A stretch of DNA of 59,849 nucleotides, filler included, from 4 parts of 4 records of this genome joined end to end with filler, not necessarily neighbours in it, one strand, 5' to 3'; counted from the whole stretch's first letter, positions 1 through 11,479 are shown. Notes: generated by a model not told the origin, from the letters alone. Translations and numbers: made by a program.

Positions 1-1917
1 GTGCTGTTGCAGCTCTTCGATTCAGAAGACCCTCGCGAGCGCGACTACCTGAAGACCATACTGCATCGAATCTACGGGAAGTTCATGTCGCATCGCCCGT
101 TTATCCGTAAAGCTGTGAACAATGTGTTCTTTCAGTTTATTTATGAATCGGAACGTCACAACGGGATCGCCGAGCTGCTTGAAATTTTGGGCAGGTACGG
201 TGCTGGCGAGTAGCTGTACCCGTGCGTGTTCTCCAGCCCAGCCATCATAATATGATGGAGAGGAAATACTCGCGCAGCGAAAACTGCGCCACTGGAATCG
301 CCGCCGCTCCGAGTTTCGTTGGACTCGCGCGCGCCCGTAGCGAGGCACAGTGTAGGAATTCCTTGCGCAGTGCGTGTCGTTTGCTTTCAGTAGCGCTAGT
401 CGTCAAGTGTTGTCCCGATCAAATTCTGTGGCTAGGTTGCTTCGCCCTCCCCATACAAGCCGAGGAGGCGTAATGGATTTTGTTTTCCTCGCTATAGAGT
501 TGGTATAGTACTGATGAACGAGCTCTTCGGCGCTACGTTTGTGTTGATCGCGGTTGAAGCGCTCGCATCGCTTTGTCTGACGGCTTTTGCTGTCTCTGTG
601 CGCGCGCACATGTGCGGCTTGTGCGCTCCATCGCCACTGGTGCAGTATCATCAATGGATTTGCGCTTCCCTTGAAGCAGGAGCACAAAACGTTCCTCCTC
701 AAGGTCTTGATACCGCTCCATAAGCCGCGCGGCCTCTCTCTGTACCACCAACAGCTGTCCTACTGCGTCACGCAATTTATCGAAAAGGACCCAAAGCTGT
801 CCGAGCAGGTACGCTCGCCGACACTCTTGGCGACCGCGCGGACTCTGCGCAGCGGGCTCAGCAAGACAAGGAAGCCGCTGCGCTGTAGTGCACTGACGCT
901 CTCGAATGCGCTCATTGCGCGATTGTTTTTCGGTGAAACACAGGTTTGCCTTGGTCTGCTCAAGTTTTGGCCGCACTCGAATAGCACGAAAGCGGTACTC
1001 TTTCTGAACGAGTTGGAAGAAATGCTGGAGCTAACTCGGCCGCCAGAATTTGCCGCGGTGATGGACAAGCTGTTCACGCAAGTCGGCCACTGCATCCGGA
1101 GCCAACACTTTCAGGTGCGTTGTCGCTCACCTTGTCCCGCACACGACGCGATACGTCTCTCGCATGAATGTGGAGCGTTCTGCGACAAGTATCGTGGTGT
1201 GGCCATCAGCTTGCAAGGAAGTGCAGTTTTTCTTCTTCTTCTGTTCTTTTTTTTTTTCGCGGTCGGTTGCACGTCTTTCCACGTTGTGTATGTATGTGGG
1301 AAAACTGGTCTCAATGTCGGTGCGGTTCCGGTGTGGCGGTGTCACTCTTTTTCGGCAGGTCGCGGAGCGCGCGTTGTTTCTGTGGAACAACGAGTACATT
1401 GTCAGCCTCATTGCTCAGCACCGGTCGGTGTTGCTGCCGATTGTGTATCCATTTCTGCTTGAAAACTCGGAGTCGCACTGGAATCCTGCCGTTCACGGCC
1501 TCACGGTCAATGTGATCAGTCTCCTTCGCGACATGGACGAGGCGCTCTTCGAGGCTGTTCACCACCGCACTATTCGACAGCGAGAAATGTACGTTTCGCA
1601 GGTATCGCGTACAGTCACGTGTTGCGGCGAGAAGATCCAGGTAGTATCGGCCCATCATACAAAGGAGAAGCGAGAGGCGTGCGCGGGGGGGGGGGGCGGA
1701 GCACGCTTGGCTTTCGCGGTTCTCGCTGTTCTTGTTGCGTTCGCCTCCATCGCCTCTCACCGTGTCGCCTCGCGCACGTGCGGTGCTCTTTCGCATCGTG
1801 GTACTTCCCTTTTTTTTGGTACGTCGCAGCTCTCGGGAGAACAGGGAGCGGAGGAAGTCGCAATGGGAGGAAATTGCGAACATGGCCGCGGGAAGTGCGC
1901 GCTCGCCGACTGTGTAG
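1..1917 (+). CDS. PPP2R5: Protein phosphatase 2A regulatory subunit B'/B56, 5'-partial and spliced. Exons approx. 1-194, 646-808, 944-1114, 1359-1588, 1830-1917.
   Basis: Exon peptides [72 protein letters not shown] and [17 protein letters not shown] are B56 hallmarks. GT..AG junctions keep the frame. The last exon is less certain. Confidence 0.95.
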
Positions 1918-2142
1918 TACGGCTCGTCCGCTCGCAAGGCGGTTGCGGCCTGGCATGCGTGTCGGGCCGGATGTTGGCCATGAATGTGTTTACGTCAACC
2001 CTTCTGGTGTGCCACAATGTACCTTTTCGCTTGCGGCGCTATAAAAAGTGCAAATGGAGGAAGACTCCGTTGCCGTGTATTGAGCCACTGTGCCCAGCAC
2101 GGGGCGGCGCATGCAGCAGTGCGAAGCGCGTTCCCGCGCGAG

Positions 2143-4833
2143 TCATCTGCCACCGTACGCCACTTCGGGCACCGACGGCGCACCGCCAGCTTGCTGCTGG
2201 TCGGCAAGCTCGCGCAGCTGCTGCCGCCTGCGCACCGCGTTATAGCATAGCGCACAGAGGCACAGGACACATCACGTGTTTCAGATATACCCATATTCGG
2301 GCACTCTCGATCGACTCGCGCAGCGGAAGGGATAGCCTTGAGGAGCACGCAAAGCGAAGAGAGAACCACGCGCCCCGGCGTACCTTGCAGGGTCGAGCGT
2401 GCGCAGCGCTTCCGGTGCGAAAGCGAGTGCTGCGAGGAGGTCGGCTTTCCTTCGGCGCTGGTCCGGCAATGCCTCCGTTCCACGGTCAACCAGCCACTGC
2501 GCAATTGGTGGAAGGAAAAACACGTAGGTGGAGACACCAGAAACGCATAGCAGGGCTCAGGGAAAAGGCGAGAGGCCCGGTCTCCTTGGCGGCGCGCGCA
2601 ACGTTCTCTGCCCGCCAGCTCGGGAAACGGTGCGCGTGGGCGGCGAGCGGCGGGAACGGCCGCGCGCACTCCGGTGCGTGCAACTTGCAAAGCGGACCTC
2701 AAACACCTCGTCGCGCAACAACATTTCGTTCCTGCCCCACGGACGCGTTCCAAGCCCTTCCAGGATGGAGAGCATTCCGTGATGAAGGTCCGTCTGCATC
2801 GAGAGTATTCACAGCGCAGACGATAAGCGCGCAGTTCGCAGGAAAGCGGTACGAGAGTGTCGGTACGAATGAAGCCCTCCGCGACAGGGACGGGCGCGCG
2901 ATACTGCGGAGCTGCCGCGTGCGCGGAGGGAATCGTCCTTCGACTCCGAAATGCATGTGTGTCGTTCCGTACCTGTGCATCACGGCCCGCGAGAAGAATT
3001 GCGGGAAGTGGATCTTCGCGGAGGACTTCCATGACGGCGCGATCGATGCTTTGCTGCGCGTCCTCGTCGCGGAGAGCGCTGCACACGCGCAGCGCGTCAC
3101 CAACGTCGTTGTACATCTGCGCGCGCGTGTCCGATCCAGTCCTCACTGCAACCCGCACGAATTCACGAGCTGACAGTACAGAGCCCCCTATATCCATCAA
3201 TGATGTAAAACCATCACTTCCATGATTATCTCCAGCACGCATCCGCTCGGCTCCCGCTGCAGTTGCCAGGGCCGATCCGGCGGCGCGCAGGCCAGCACTC
3301 GTGAGCTCTGGATCACCCGCAAAGATGAACTGATGCGCCGTCTCGAGGCAGAACTCGGCCAAAGCTCTGTTGGGGACCGTGCGCAGTGCAGCCGAAAATA
3401 CCGCCAGCGCGCGGGCAGCGGCGGGAGCGGCCATCGGGCCGGCACATGGCGCGGGGAAGTCGGCGAGAGCGCGCGCGCCGGCGGCAATGCCCAGTCTCTC
3501 TGCAATCGCCCAGCCCTTTGCAGAAAGCGCAAAGATCCGCGCAACTTCCAGCGCATTCAATAGAATCAAAACATCGCCGTGCGCACACCGTAAATCTGGT
3601 TCAGATTACCCAAAGCGGAAAACAGCAATCAACGGCAACATCGTCAAAATGGGTTGCGGGAAAACAGCTGGAGCGGAAGGGAAGACGCCGACGGAGCGCC
3701 TGAGAATCTTCGCGGCAAGACGTGGCAAGTCGCCCCCTATCGCTCGACAGAGGTGCTACTCCCAGCCAAAAAAGGATTCAGAGAAACAAAAACGCGAATA
3801 CGACGGGTACAGACAATTCTGTTGCGTTTAGATGGTGGTTCTCGTCTTGCCTGAGGAACCCGCGGAAGCAGGCGCGCAAAAAAGCATCTTCCTGGCCGGA
3901 GGAAAAAAGGTACTTCCACGTGCACGACGTACCTTCCAAAAGTGTTGCAATTGCTTTCTCTGCGTCATCGCTATCTGTGCCCCCATGTTCAAAGAAAATA
4001 GGACACTGTGCCACTACCTCGAGGACGCGATAGCGGCCTTCGTCGCTGCCTTCGCGGGCAGTTGCTGTTGGAAGTCGCGACGCAAACGCTCCGACGACCT
4101 CGCGGAGCGAGCCGTCTCCTTCCGCCTCTGCCGCACCGCAAATGGACGTTGCGCAGTCCATGAGAGGCTGCGCAACGTCCAACGGTGCTGAGCGAACAAC
4201 TGAGAGAACTTCCCTCGGCAACTCTGTACGGGAAAGCGAAATTCTCCCTTGCTGCTTTCGCGCAGCAGCAGCGAGAAGCCGCGCCGCTGTGGGAGACGGA
4301 GGTGGCAGGAAAAGTGCACGGGCAGTAGCGCCAGCGCGAGCGCGTGAGCGAACGGAAGCGACGCTAGAGGAAGCGCGAGCGGGCGAAAGGGGAGTTTGAG
4401 GCGGCCGATACCTTCTTCCAGCGAACACTGCGCTCTATTCGAGAGTACCCGTGCATTCTACACAGATACCTCCTGATGTGCAGCCGACGAGAAAGTAGGC
4501 AAAAGGGCGGAGCGGCGCTCTGATGCGCGCACCGGCGCGCGCGCCTGCAGGAGCGCAGCGCGTGCGTGGCGTACCGAAAACACGTGCGTGCGCGTGCGCA
4601 GGGTCTTCCGAGTGGAGGGCCGACTGCAGAGTGGCATGTTCTCTTGTAATGAGATCAACGACGAGATCGTCACGCGCGAGTACGACGCCCTGGATGACAA
4701 CTGCAGCGGCGGGCGTAGCAGCCAGTTCGACGAGAAGATCCGCGAGCGCAGTATTCCGCAGGAGGTCTTCCAGTGCAGTCGCGTCGCCGGCCGCTGCCGC
4801 TTCGGCGAGAAGTGAGACGCGTGATGCTGCCAT
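2143..4833 (-). CDS. PSMD5: 26S proteasome assembly chaperone PSMD5/S5b/Hsm3-like (ARM/HEAT), multi-exon; internal junctions approximate
   Basis: Ordered minus-strand fragments RYRVLEVVAQ, GDVLILLNALEVARIFALSAKGWAIAERLGI, DLHHGMLSILEGLGTRPWGRNEML and QWLVDRGTEALPDQRRRKADLLAAL resemble the PSMD5 blocks RYRVYE, EDVLVRATCIEM..GRQYL, ELHCAALKV..QPWAQKLM and EYVVDRSVE..KDAKYELVKAL (from memory). ATG at 4833; TGA at 2143 after a CAG acceptor. Confidence 0.7.
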
Positions 4834-5691
4834 TCCGACAATCTCAAGCGCAAGTCTGCACCGGCGCAAGCGAATGGGGTATAATACATGACATATTCGC
4901 AGCAAGACGGTTCCTGATGAATAGGATCCAAGCCACTGAGCTTGCAGACAAGCCGAAGAGCTGCACGCTGCCGTGCCGGCGCAGTGCCACATGAGCTCCC
5001 GCGAAGTTGGTACACGTCAACGCAGGGCGGAGCGCGACCACAGCGCTGCACATGCATTTCCATTACGCGCCTAGCTTTGTACGTGCTCCTGGTGCAAATA
5101 TGTACGCTATGGTTCCTTTCGCACCTACGGGATCAAACGCGCTCGTGATGCGACAGAGAGCACTCGGTGGGAACTTGCTTGCGAGCGGTTCCACCGCTAG
5201 GCGCTGGCGCAGCAGCAAGGGCTCGGCTGGAGGCTGCGCATAGAAATGGCTCGGCGTATAGGGTTACCAACAAATAGTCAAACCTGTATATTATATAGAT
5301 CAAAAATATTACTATATCCTTGAATTGATCACTGGATAACGTGCTTGATCTGGAGGGTCCGCGCCAGCGAGCACCCGATACCTGCCCGAACCGAATCTGC
5401 AGCGCGTGGAGGAGAGGGCTCTTTCTCGTTCGCTACGCTCGTGGGCGGCCGCTTTGTGTACGCAGACATCGAAAGTCAAGTGTATTTCGTATTTCCTCCG
5501 GCACGGCCCTGAGCTCTTTCGCGCTCCTCTGCTTCTCTGCCGCCGAGGGGCACTCTCGTGCGTCCCGGTACTCGGTAGTGTCCACATACGCGGGGCAACT
5601 CAGAGCGGTTGTCCTCGCGGCGGTCCTTGCTCGGGCGGACTGCGCTGTTCGCGGCGCGAAAGCACGTTCGTCGCGCTCGGGATTCGCCTCC

Positions 5692-6651
5692 ATGGCGCAC
5701 TCATTCACAATGCGGTGGGCGTTTGCAATCTTTATTCTAGTGACTGTTGCGATATGCGGTACGTTGCTCTTCCGCGTTCCGAGGGCGGCCGGTAGTAGTG
5801 CGCCGCTCGCCTGTTGCGCACTTGGTGCGACGGCCCTGCGGCGCCGACTGCTGCTTCACGAGGTCGGCTCGCTCGCCGTCGTCCGTCGCACCCCGCGTGC
5901 CCGCCCTGTGGCTTCTTTGCGAGAAAGGTGTACCGATGAGCGCCAATGCATCTATAGCAACAGCTGTTGAGAGCGGTCATCGCGTTTCCGTCTGTGATAA
6001 GTCGAGAGAAGGCGAGCCTGGCGCTGGGGCGTTTGGTTTGTGTAGGCTGCCGCGTGCCGCCGCCGGCGTGATGCGTGAGTGCGCGTCACTGTCGCGCCTG
6101 TGACACCTTCGCGTCGCGTATGGTCATTTTCATTGCCCGCTGTGCAGGGAGCCGTGCTGAAACAGACGCGACGCACCGTGGCACTATCACCAGGACAAAC
6201 TGTGGAACAAATTGCCAGGGTCGGATTCGCTTGGTGAAGGGAGGACAGCTCGCGCTGCGTGCTGCAAAGAACGCGACGCAGCCGCACGTGCGCTGGACCG
6301 CTCTGGTGCGCCTCTTGCCGCCCGTTGCGCGCGCTGTCCAGGCCGCCGCGGTTGCGCTTTCCACCTTGTACCTGCCACGCTCGCTTCCGTTGTTACTATC
6401 CAGAAATATACGAAAGTAAATGTACGCAATTGCATCACTTTCTTTGAATTGACGGCTTTCAAAGTAATACTCACATCGTCGTGGTTCTGGCGGCATGTCG
6501 GACGCTGCGTTTTTCCTGGTTGCGTCGTGGTGGTGCAGGTGTCCAACTGTGGCAACCGCGTCACAGATACCACATACGGACTCAACTGCCAGAACCAGTG
6601 CAGGGAAGAAGTCGACCCGCCAGTGACAAGCTACTCAAATATTCGCATTTC
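5692..6651 (+). CDS. Putative secreted Cys-containing protein; spliced, 3'-truncated by the contig end, function unknown
   Basis: MAHSFTMRWAFAIFILVTVAICG is signal-peptide-like and ends at a GTACG donor (~5759). Downstream candidate exons follow GCAG acceptors (TNCGTNCQG; VSNCGNRVTDTTYGLNCQNQC). Confidence 0.4.
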
Positions 6652-6751
6652 NNNNNNNNNNNNNNNNNNNNNNNNNNNNNNNNNNNNNNNNNNNNTTAAT
6701 TAATTAANNNNNNNNNNNNNNNNNNNNNNNNNNNNNNNNNNNNNNNNNNNN
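6652..6751. other. Artificial contig spacer (N-run, TTAATTAATTAA six-frame stop linker, N-run)
   Basis: The same 100-nt layout occurs three times in the window. Confidence 0.98.
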
Positions 6752-6794
6752 AAATATCCCGGAGCGCGAGGCCGAGCCTCGCAAGACCCGTGCG

Positions 6795-7430
6795 TCAGAT
6801 CCGGAAGATCGGCTGCAGCATGCGCGGGACAAAGGACCGGAACCGCAGCGCGGCATCGGTGGCCGCAAGGCAGATGCAGGCCGGGCCATCCTCGGCCACC
6901 GGCTCATGCTCCAGATCGCCGTCTGCAACCTCCAGATCGCCAACACCAAACCGGCCGGTCTCATCCGAAAAGGCCCCTTGCAGCACCAAAGTCAGCTCCA
7001 GACCGTTGTGTCCGTGATCCGGCACTGCCATGCCGCCCGGAATATACAGCAGACGCACGCTGCCGCTGCGGTCGTGGTTCAGGATCATCTGCCGCACGCC
7101 GAGGCCAAGGGGCTTCCACTTCGGTGGCAAGCCGCCCAGCGCCTCCATCACCGGTGTCGGAAAGATGCCGGAGCGCTCATAGACCCGCTCTGTCGCCGCC
7201 GGGGTATCCAACGCATCAAACAGACGCGCCTTCATATCGGAGGAGACATCCTGCACGGGTGTATCATCCAGCAGCGCGCCGCCCAGCGTCTCATGCGCGC
7301 CAAGGCGGGCCCGGCACTCGTCACACATGGAGACATGCGTGGCGACCACGGTTGAAAACGCCTTTGGCAAGCTGCCTGAGGCATATGCAATCAGCAGCTC
7401 GTCAGGGATATGATGCGTTATGCCCGTCAT
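6795..7430 (-). CDS. chrR: Anti-sigma factor ChrR (zinc anti-sigma domain plus cupin)
   Basis: MTGITHHIPDELL..., HVSMCDEC (HxxxCxxC) and cupin motif PDHGHNGLELTLVLQGAFSD. The ATG overlaps the rpoE stop (ATGA, 7427-7430). Confidence 0.95.
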   Translation of the reverse strand: MTGITHHIPDELLIAYASGSLPKAFSTVVATHVSMCDECRARLGAHETLGGALLDDTPVQDVSSDMKARLFDALDTPAATERVYERSGIFPTPVMEALGGLPPKWKPLGLGVRQMILNHDRSGSVRLLYIPGGMAVPDHGHNGLELTLVLQGAFSDETGRFGVGDLEVADGDLEHEPVAEDGPACICLAATDAALRFRSFVPRMLQPIFRI

Positions 7431-7984
7431 GTCCTGTCCGTTCCCTTCAATTCGTGACGCAGCTTTTCCAGCCCCAGCCGGATGCGCGACTTGATGGTGC
7501 CCAGCGGCAGGCCGGTTTCGGCCCGGATCTCCGCATGGGTCAACTCGCCCAGATAGGCGCGTTCGACCATCTCGCGCTGTGCGGGCTTCAACCTGTTCAG
7601 CGCCGCCCGCAAAGCTGTCGTCTCCTCTTCCAGCGCCACAATCTGTGACGCGTCGTCTTCTGCCGTCTCGGCCGGTTTCAACTCTTCCGGCACCGGGCGG
7701 CGTTCCTTGCGCAGCACGTCGATCTGACGGTTGCGCGCAATCTGATATATCCAGGCCGAAACCTGCGCCCGACCGGGGTCGAACATATGCGCCTTGCGCC
7801 AGACCGTCAGCATGACGTCCTGCACAATGTCCTCCGCCTGCGCCGGCGGCAGGCCGGATCGACAAATCACCCCTTTCAAACGGGGGGCGAAGTGGTCGAA
7901 CAGGTGACCAAAGGCCACCTTGTCCCGCTGGTCGCGCACCGCCAGCATCCAGACCGTTGTTTCGGCATAGGGTTCGCCTGTCAC
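7427..7984 (-). CDS. rpoE: ECF sigma factor RpoE (ChrR-paired, singlet-oxygen response type). Likely start GTG 7984; the open frame extends to 8098.
   Basis: AEDIVQDVMLTVWRK, AWIYQIARNRQIDVLRK and PLGTIKSRIRLGLEKL. GGGAG RBS upstream of GTG 7984. The ATG at 8098 lies inside the predicted -10 box. Confidence 0.93.
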   Translation of the reverse strand: MTGEPYAETTVWMLAVRDQRDKVAFGHLFDHFAPRLKGVICRSGLPPAQAEDIVQDVMLTVWRKAHMFDPGRAQVSAWIYQIARNRQIDVLRKERRPVPEELKPAETAEDDASQIVALEEETTALRAALNRLKPAQREMVERAYLGELTHAEIRAETGLPLGTIKSRIRLGLEKLRHELKGTDRT

Positions 7985-8097
7985 CAATATGTTCTCCCTG
8001 GCACGCTTCGCGCCATCGCCCACCCTAGCGGGCGCGGCTTCGGCTTCAAGCCTGTCTTCCAAAAGAACGTCTTCACTGACATCGAACATGACCTTCA

Positions 8098-8123
8098 TAC
8101 GCCGCCCCGCTCCGGCTGGATCA
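8098..8123 (-). promoter_or_regulatory. sigmaE-dependent promoter of rpoE-chrR (TGATCC-N15-GCGTA)
   Basis: The minus strand reads TGATCC agccggagcggggcg GCGTA, matching the Rhodobacter sigmaE consensus elements. Confidence 0.8.
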
Positions 8124-8194
8124 AAAATTCTGTACCCCGCAAAAAATTCGTAAAGCGACAGGAAACCCTGCCACGTTTTTCTTTTCTGCTTTTT

Positions 8195-8221
8195 TGATCC
8201 AACCGGGCCGCGCCTTGCGTA
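8195..8221 (+). promoter_or_regulatory. sigmaE-dependent promoter of the ufa-like operon (TGATCC-N16-GCGTA)
   Basis: TGATCC aaccgggccgcgcctt GCGTA, ending 27 nt before ATG 8248, which has a GGAG RBS. Confidence 0.8.
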
Positions 8222-8247
8222 AGATCAGCAAAACCGATGGAGTTTAC

Positions 8248-9558
8248 ATGTCTTTTGATGCCCTCTCGTCACAGCGTCGCCGAATTGCAATCGTGGGTGG
8301 GGGGATTTCCGGACTGGCGTCGGCATGGTGTCTCGGGCCGCGTCATGACGTGACTCTGTTCGAGGCCGCTCCGCGTCTTGGAGGGCACGCGCGCACGGTC
8401 ACAGCAGGCATTCGCGGTGACCAGCCGGTCGACACCGGCTTCATCGTATTCAACTACGTGAACTACCCGCATCTGACGCGCATGTTCAACGAACTCGATG
8501 TGCCAGTCGTGCGCAGCGACATGTCCTTTGGCGCCACCATTCAGAACGGCGCTGTGGAATACGGGTTGAAGGACCTCACGGCCTTGTTTGGTCAGCGGCG
8601 CAACCTTGGACGTCCGGCCTTCTTTGGCATGGTGCGCGATATTCTGCGCTTCAACGCCCGCGCCGAAAGCGTGGCCCGCGACGACAGCATCACCATCGCC
8701 GAGCTGGTCAGGGATCTCTCGCTTGGCGACTGGTTCCAACGCTACTATCTGATGCCGATTTGTGGCGCCATCTGGTCCACCCCGCCGGAAGAGATCCGCG
8801 ATTTTCCCGCCCGCTCTCTGGTGCGCTTCTTCCGCAATCATGCGCTACTGTCCGCTGCGGGGCAGCACCAGTGGTGGACGGTCAAGGGCGGCAGCTTCGA
8901 ATATGTCACCCGCCTCTGTGCCCATCTGGAAAAAATCGGCGTCGATCTGCGCGCCGCCTGCCCGGTGCGCTCGGTCGAGCGTCACGACAGCGGCGTTACC
9001 CTGCACCTACCCGATGGCCAGTCGGAGGGCTTTGACGAAGTGATCTTTGCCTGCCATTCCGACGACGCACTCCGCCTTCTGGCGCGTCCAACCACGCAGG
9101 AGCAGGCCACCCTTGGGGTCATGCGCTATCAGGACAACCAAATGATCCTGCACCGAGATGCCGGACAGATGCCGCGACGTCGCGCCTGCTGGTCCTCCTG
9201 GGTCTACAAGGCCGACCAGCAAGACGACCGCCCTGCCATCGGCGTTACCTACTGGATGAACCGTCTGCAGAACCTGCCGGAGAACGATCCGCTGTTTGTG
9301 TCGCTGAACCCCGTGCAGGAGGTGAACGCAAAGCTGATCTACGATGAAAAGACCTTTCGCCACCCGGTCTTCGACCGCGCTGCGGTCCGGGCACAAGGCG
9401 CAGTGCAGGCGATGCAGGGACAACACAACACCTGGTTCGCCGGGGCCTATCTGCGCCATGGCTTTCACGAGGACGGCTTTGCCAGCGCGGTCCGCGTTGC
9501 CCGTGCGCTGGAGGCCCGTCACCTGCCGAGCCGTGATGCGCATGAGGTCCTGGCATGA
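8248..9558 (+). CDS. ufaD: FAD-dependent oxidoreductase, UfaD (RSP1091)-like fatty acyl desaturase
   Basis: IAIVGGGISGL Rossmann motif, RLGGHART, VDTGFIVFNYVNYPHL and FAGAY..GFHEDG. Divergent from rpoE-chrR as in R. sphaeroides. Confidence 0.85.
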   Translation: MSFDALSSQRRRIAIVGGGISGLASAWCLGPRHDVTLFEAAPRLGGHARTVTAGIRGDQPVDTGFIVFNYVNYPHLTRMFNELDVPVVRSDMSFGATIQNGAVEYGLKDLTALFGQRRNLGRPAFFGMVRDILRFNARAESVARDDSITIAELVRDLSLGDWFQRYYLMPICGAIWSTPPEEIRDFPARSLVRFFRNHALLSAAGQHQWWTVKGGSFEYVTRLCAHLEKIGVDLRAACPVRSVERHDSGVTLHLPDGQSEGFDEVIFACHSDDALRLLARPTTQEQATLGVMRYQDNQMILHRDAGQMPRRRACWSSWVYKADQQDDRPAIGVTYWMNRLQNLPENDPLFVSLNPVQEVNAKLIYDEKTFRHPVFDRAAVRAQGAVQAMQGQHNTWFAGAYLRHGFHEDGFASAVRVARALEARHLPSRDAHEVLA

Positions 9559-10319
9559 GCGCCAGCACCGACATATGGCCTGAACAGGTGGCAGGATACA
9601 CCACCCACGCCCGGCGTGGCAGCATCCGCAATTCGTTTCGCTACAGCGTCGATTATGTGCTGCTGGACCCGAAATCCGCAGACGGGCCGCGCCTGTTCTC
9701 GCGCAACCGCTGGAACCTGGCTTCCGTGCAGGACCGCAGCCACGGAGGCGCGCCCGGACAGGGGCGCGGTGTGGTCTGGGCCGAGGAGATCCTGACGCAG
9801 GCCGGGCTGCCACTTTCCGGGCTTCGCGTCATGCTGCTGACCCAGCCCTCATTCCTCGGCTATATCTTCAACCCGGTCAGCTTCTGGCTGGCGATGGACG
9901 GCACCGCGCTGCGGGCGGTGATTGCCGAGGTGTCCAACACCTTTGGCGACCGGCACAGCTATCTCTGCGCCCTGCCCGACTTTGCCCCCATCACGGCGAA
10001 ATCCTGCCTCACGGCACAGAAAATCATGCATGTCTCACCTTTTCAGGAGGTCGCGGGCGCATATCGGTTTACGTTTGATATCGGGGAGGATCGGATCGCC
10101 ATCCGGATTGCCCATGAAAACGGCTCCGAAGGCGTCATCGCCACGCTGATCGGAGAGCGTCACCCCCTGAGCAATTCCCGGCTGATCACCGCCGCCCTGC
10201 GCCGCCCGCTGGGCGCCATGCGCACCATCGCGCTGATCCATTGGCAGGCGCTCAAACTCAAACTCAAGGGCGCGCGCTACAGAAGACGCCCGCTTCCGCC
10301 CGAACAGGAGGTAAGCTGA
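9555..10319 (+). CDS. ufaO: DUF1365 family protein, UfaO (RSP1090)-like
   Basis: H.R....NSFRY, GYIFNPVSFW, AEVSNTFGDRHSY, MHVSPF and IHWQALKL. ATGA overlap with the upstream gene. Confidence 0.85.
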   Translation: MSASTDIWPEQVAGYTTHARRGSIRNSFRYSVDYVLLDPKSADGPRLFSRNRWNLASVQDRSHGGAPGQGRGVVWAEEILTQAGLPLSGLRVMLLTQPSFLGYIFNPVSFWLAMDGTALRAVIAEVSNTFGDRHSYLCALPDFAPITAKSCLTAQKIMHVSPFQEVAGAYRFTFDIGEDRIAIRIAHENGSEGVIATLIGERHPLSNSRLITAALRRPLGAMRTIALIHWQALKLKLKGARYRRRPLPPEQEVS

Positions 10320-11479
10320 TGCTGTTCATCACCAACCGCGTCAAACGCGATTTTCTCGATAGCTGTGCCAGGATCCGACGCGGCAGCCTGCGGCTGATCA
10401 CGCCCGAAGGCGAAGTGCATGATTTTGGTCAAGGCGCGCCCGAAGCCGAAATGCAGATCAACGACTGGTCAGTGGTCACAGCGCTGGCCTCGCGCGGGGA
10501 CATCGGACTGGGCGAGGCCTATGTCGCTGGCCTCTGGGATACACCATCGATCGAGGCGGTGACCCAGGTGGCGCTGTTGAACCTCGACTACCTCGAGGCC
10601 TTTGCCTACCCGAGCCCGCTGGCCACGTTGAAATTCCGTGTCGTGGACCGTTTGCTACGCGCAAATTCCCGCAGTGGCGCCAGCCGCAACATCAAGGCGC
10701 ATTACGATGTCGGCAATGAGTTCTATCAGCTCTGGCTCGACGACAGCATGACCTATTCCTCGGCCCTCTTTGCCCCCGGCGACCGCAGTCTGGAGGATGC
10801 ACAGCACCGCAAGTACGACCGCATCCTCAACCGTGCCAGCGACGCCGAACGCATCCTCGAGGTCGGCTGCGGCTGGGGTGGATTTGCCGAACGTGCGGCC
10901 GATCATGGCCGCCATGTGACCGGTATCACCATCTCGCCCAGCCAACACGGGTTTGCCGATGCGCGGCTTGACGGGCGCGCGGAAATTCAGCTCTGCGACT
11001 ATCGCGACACCAAAGGCAAATTCGACGGCATCGTGTCGATCGAGATGATCGAAGCGGTGGGCGAGCGGTATTGGCCACAGTATTTCGCCATGCTGAAGGA
11101 CCGTCTGACCGAGAGCGGCCGCGCAGTCGTGCAGGCCATCACGGTGCCCGACGCCTATTTCGACATCTATCGCAAGGGGTCGGACTACATCCGGCAGTAC
11201 ACCTTCCCGGGTGGCATGCTGCTGTCCAATGCGATGATCGCCCATCACGCCCAGCAGGCAGGCCTGAAGGTCACCGACAACTTTGGCTTTGGTCTCGATT
11301 ACGCCCGCACCTGCCGCATGTGGTCGGATCGGCTCAGCGCCGCTTCGGACAAGGTTCTGGGGCTTGGCTACGACCAGAGCTTCCTGCGCAACTGGCAGTT
11401 TTACCTGCAGATCTGCGCCGCCTCGTTCGAGACCCGACAAACAGATGTGGTACAGGTGGAGTTGGCCCATGCAAGTTGA
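10319..11479 (+). CDS. Cyclopropane-fatty-acyl-phospholipid synthase family SAM methyltransferase (UfaM/CfaS-like)
   Basis: NIKAHYDVGNEFYQLWLDDSMTYSSA, LEVGCGWGG, IVSIEMIEAVG and YIRQYTFPGGML. TGATG coupling with an AGGAGG RBS. Confidence 0.92.
   Translation: MLFITNRVKRDFLDSCARIRRGSLRLITPEGEVHDFGQGAPEAEMQINDWSVVTALASRGDIGLGEAYVAGLWDTPSIEAVTQVALLNLDYLEAFAYPSPLATLKFRVVDRLLRANSRSGASRNIKAHYDVGNEFYQLWLDDSMTYSSALFAPGDRSLEDAQHRKYDRILNRASDAERILEVGCGWGGFAERAADHGRHVTGITISPSQHGFADARLDGRAEIQLCDYRDTKGKFDGIVSIEMIEAVGERYWPQYFAMLKDRLTESGRAVVQAITVPDAYFDIYRKGSDYIRQYTFPGGMLLSNAMIAHHAQQAGLKVTDNFGFGLDYARTCRMWSDRLSAASDKVLGLGYDQSFLRNWQFYLQICAASFETRQTDVVQVELAHAS

Noticed and set aside
1164-3173. 669-aa plus-strand ORF
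   Set aside because: Only 1359-1588 is a PP2A B56 exon. The rest is intron, UTR or antisense to the PSMD5-like gene.
6696-6707. TTAATTAATTAA palindrome, repeated at 21952-21963 and 51604-51615, as a biological repeat or a TTAA transposon target site
   Set aside because: It is always centred in identical N-runs, so it is an assembly or concatenation linker.
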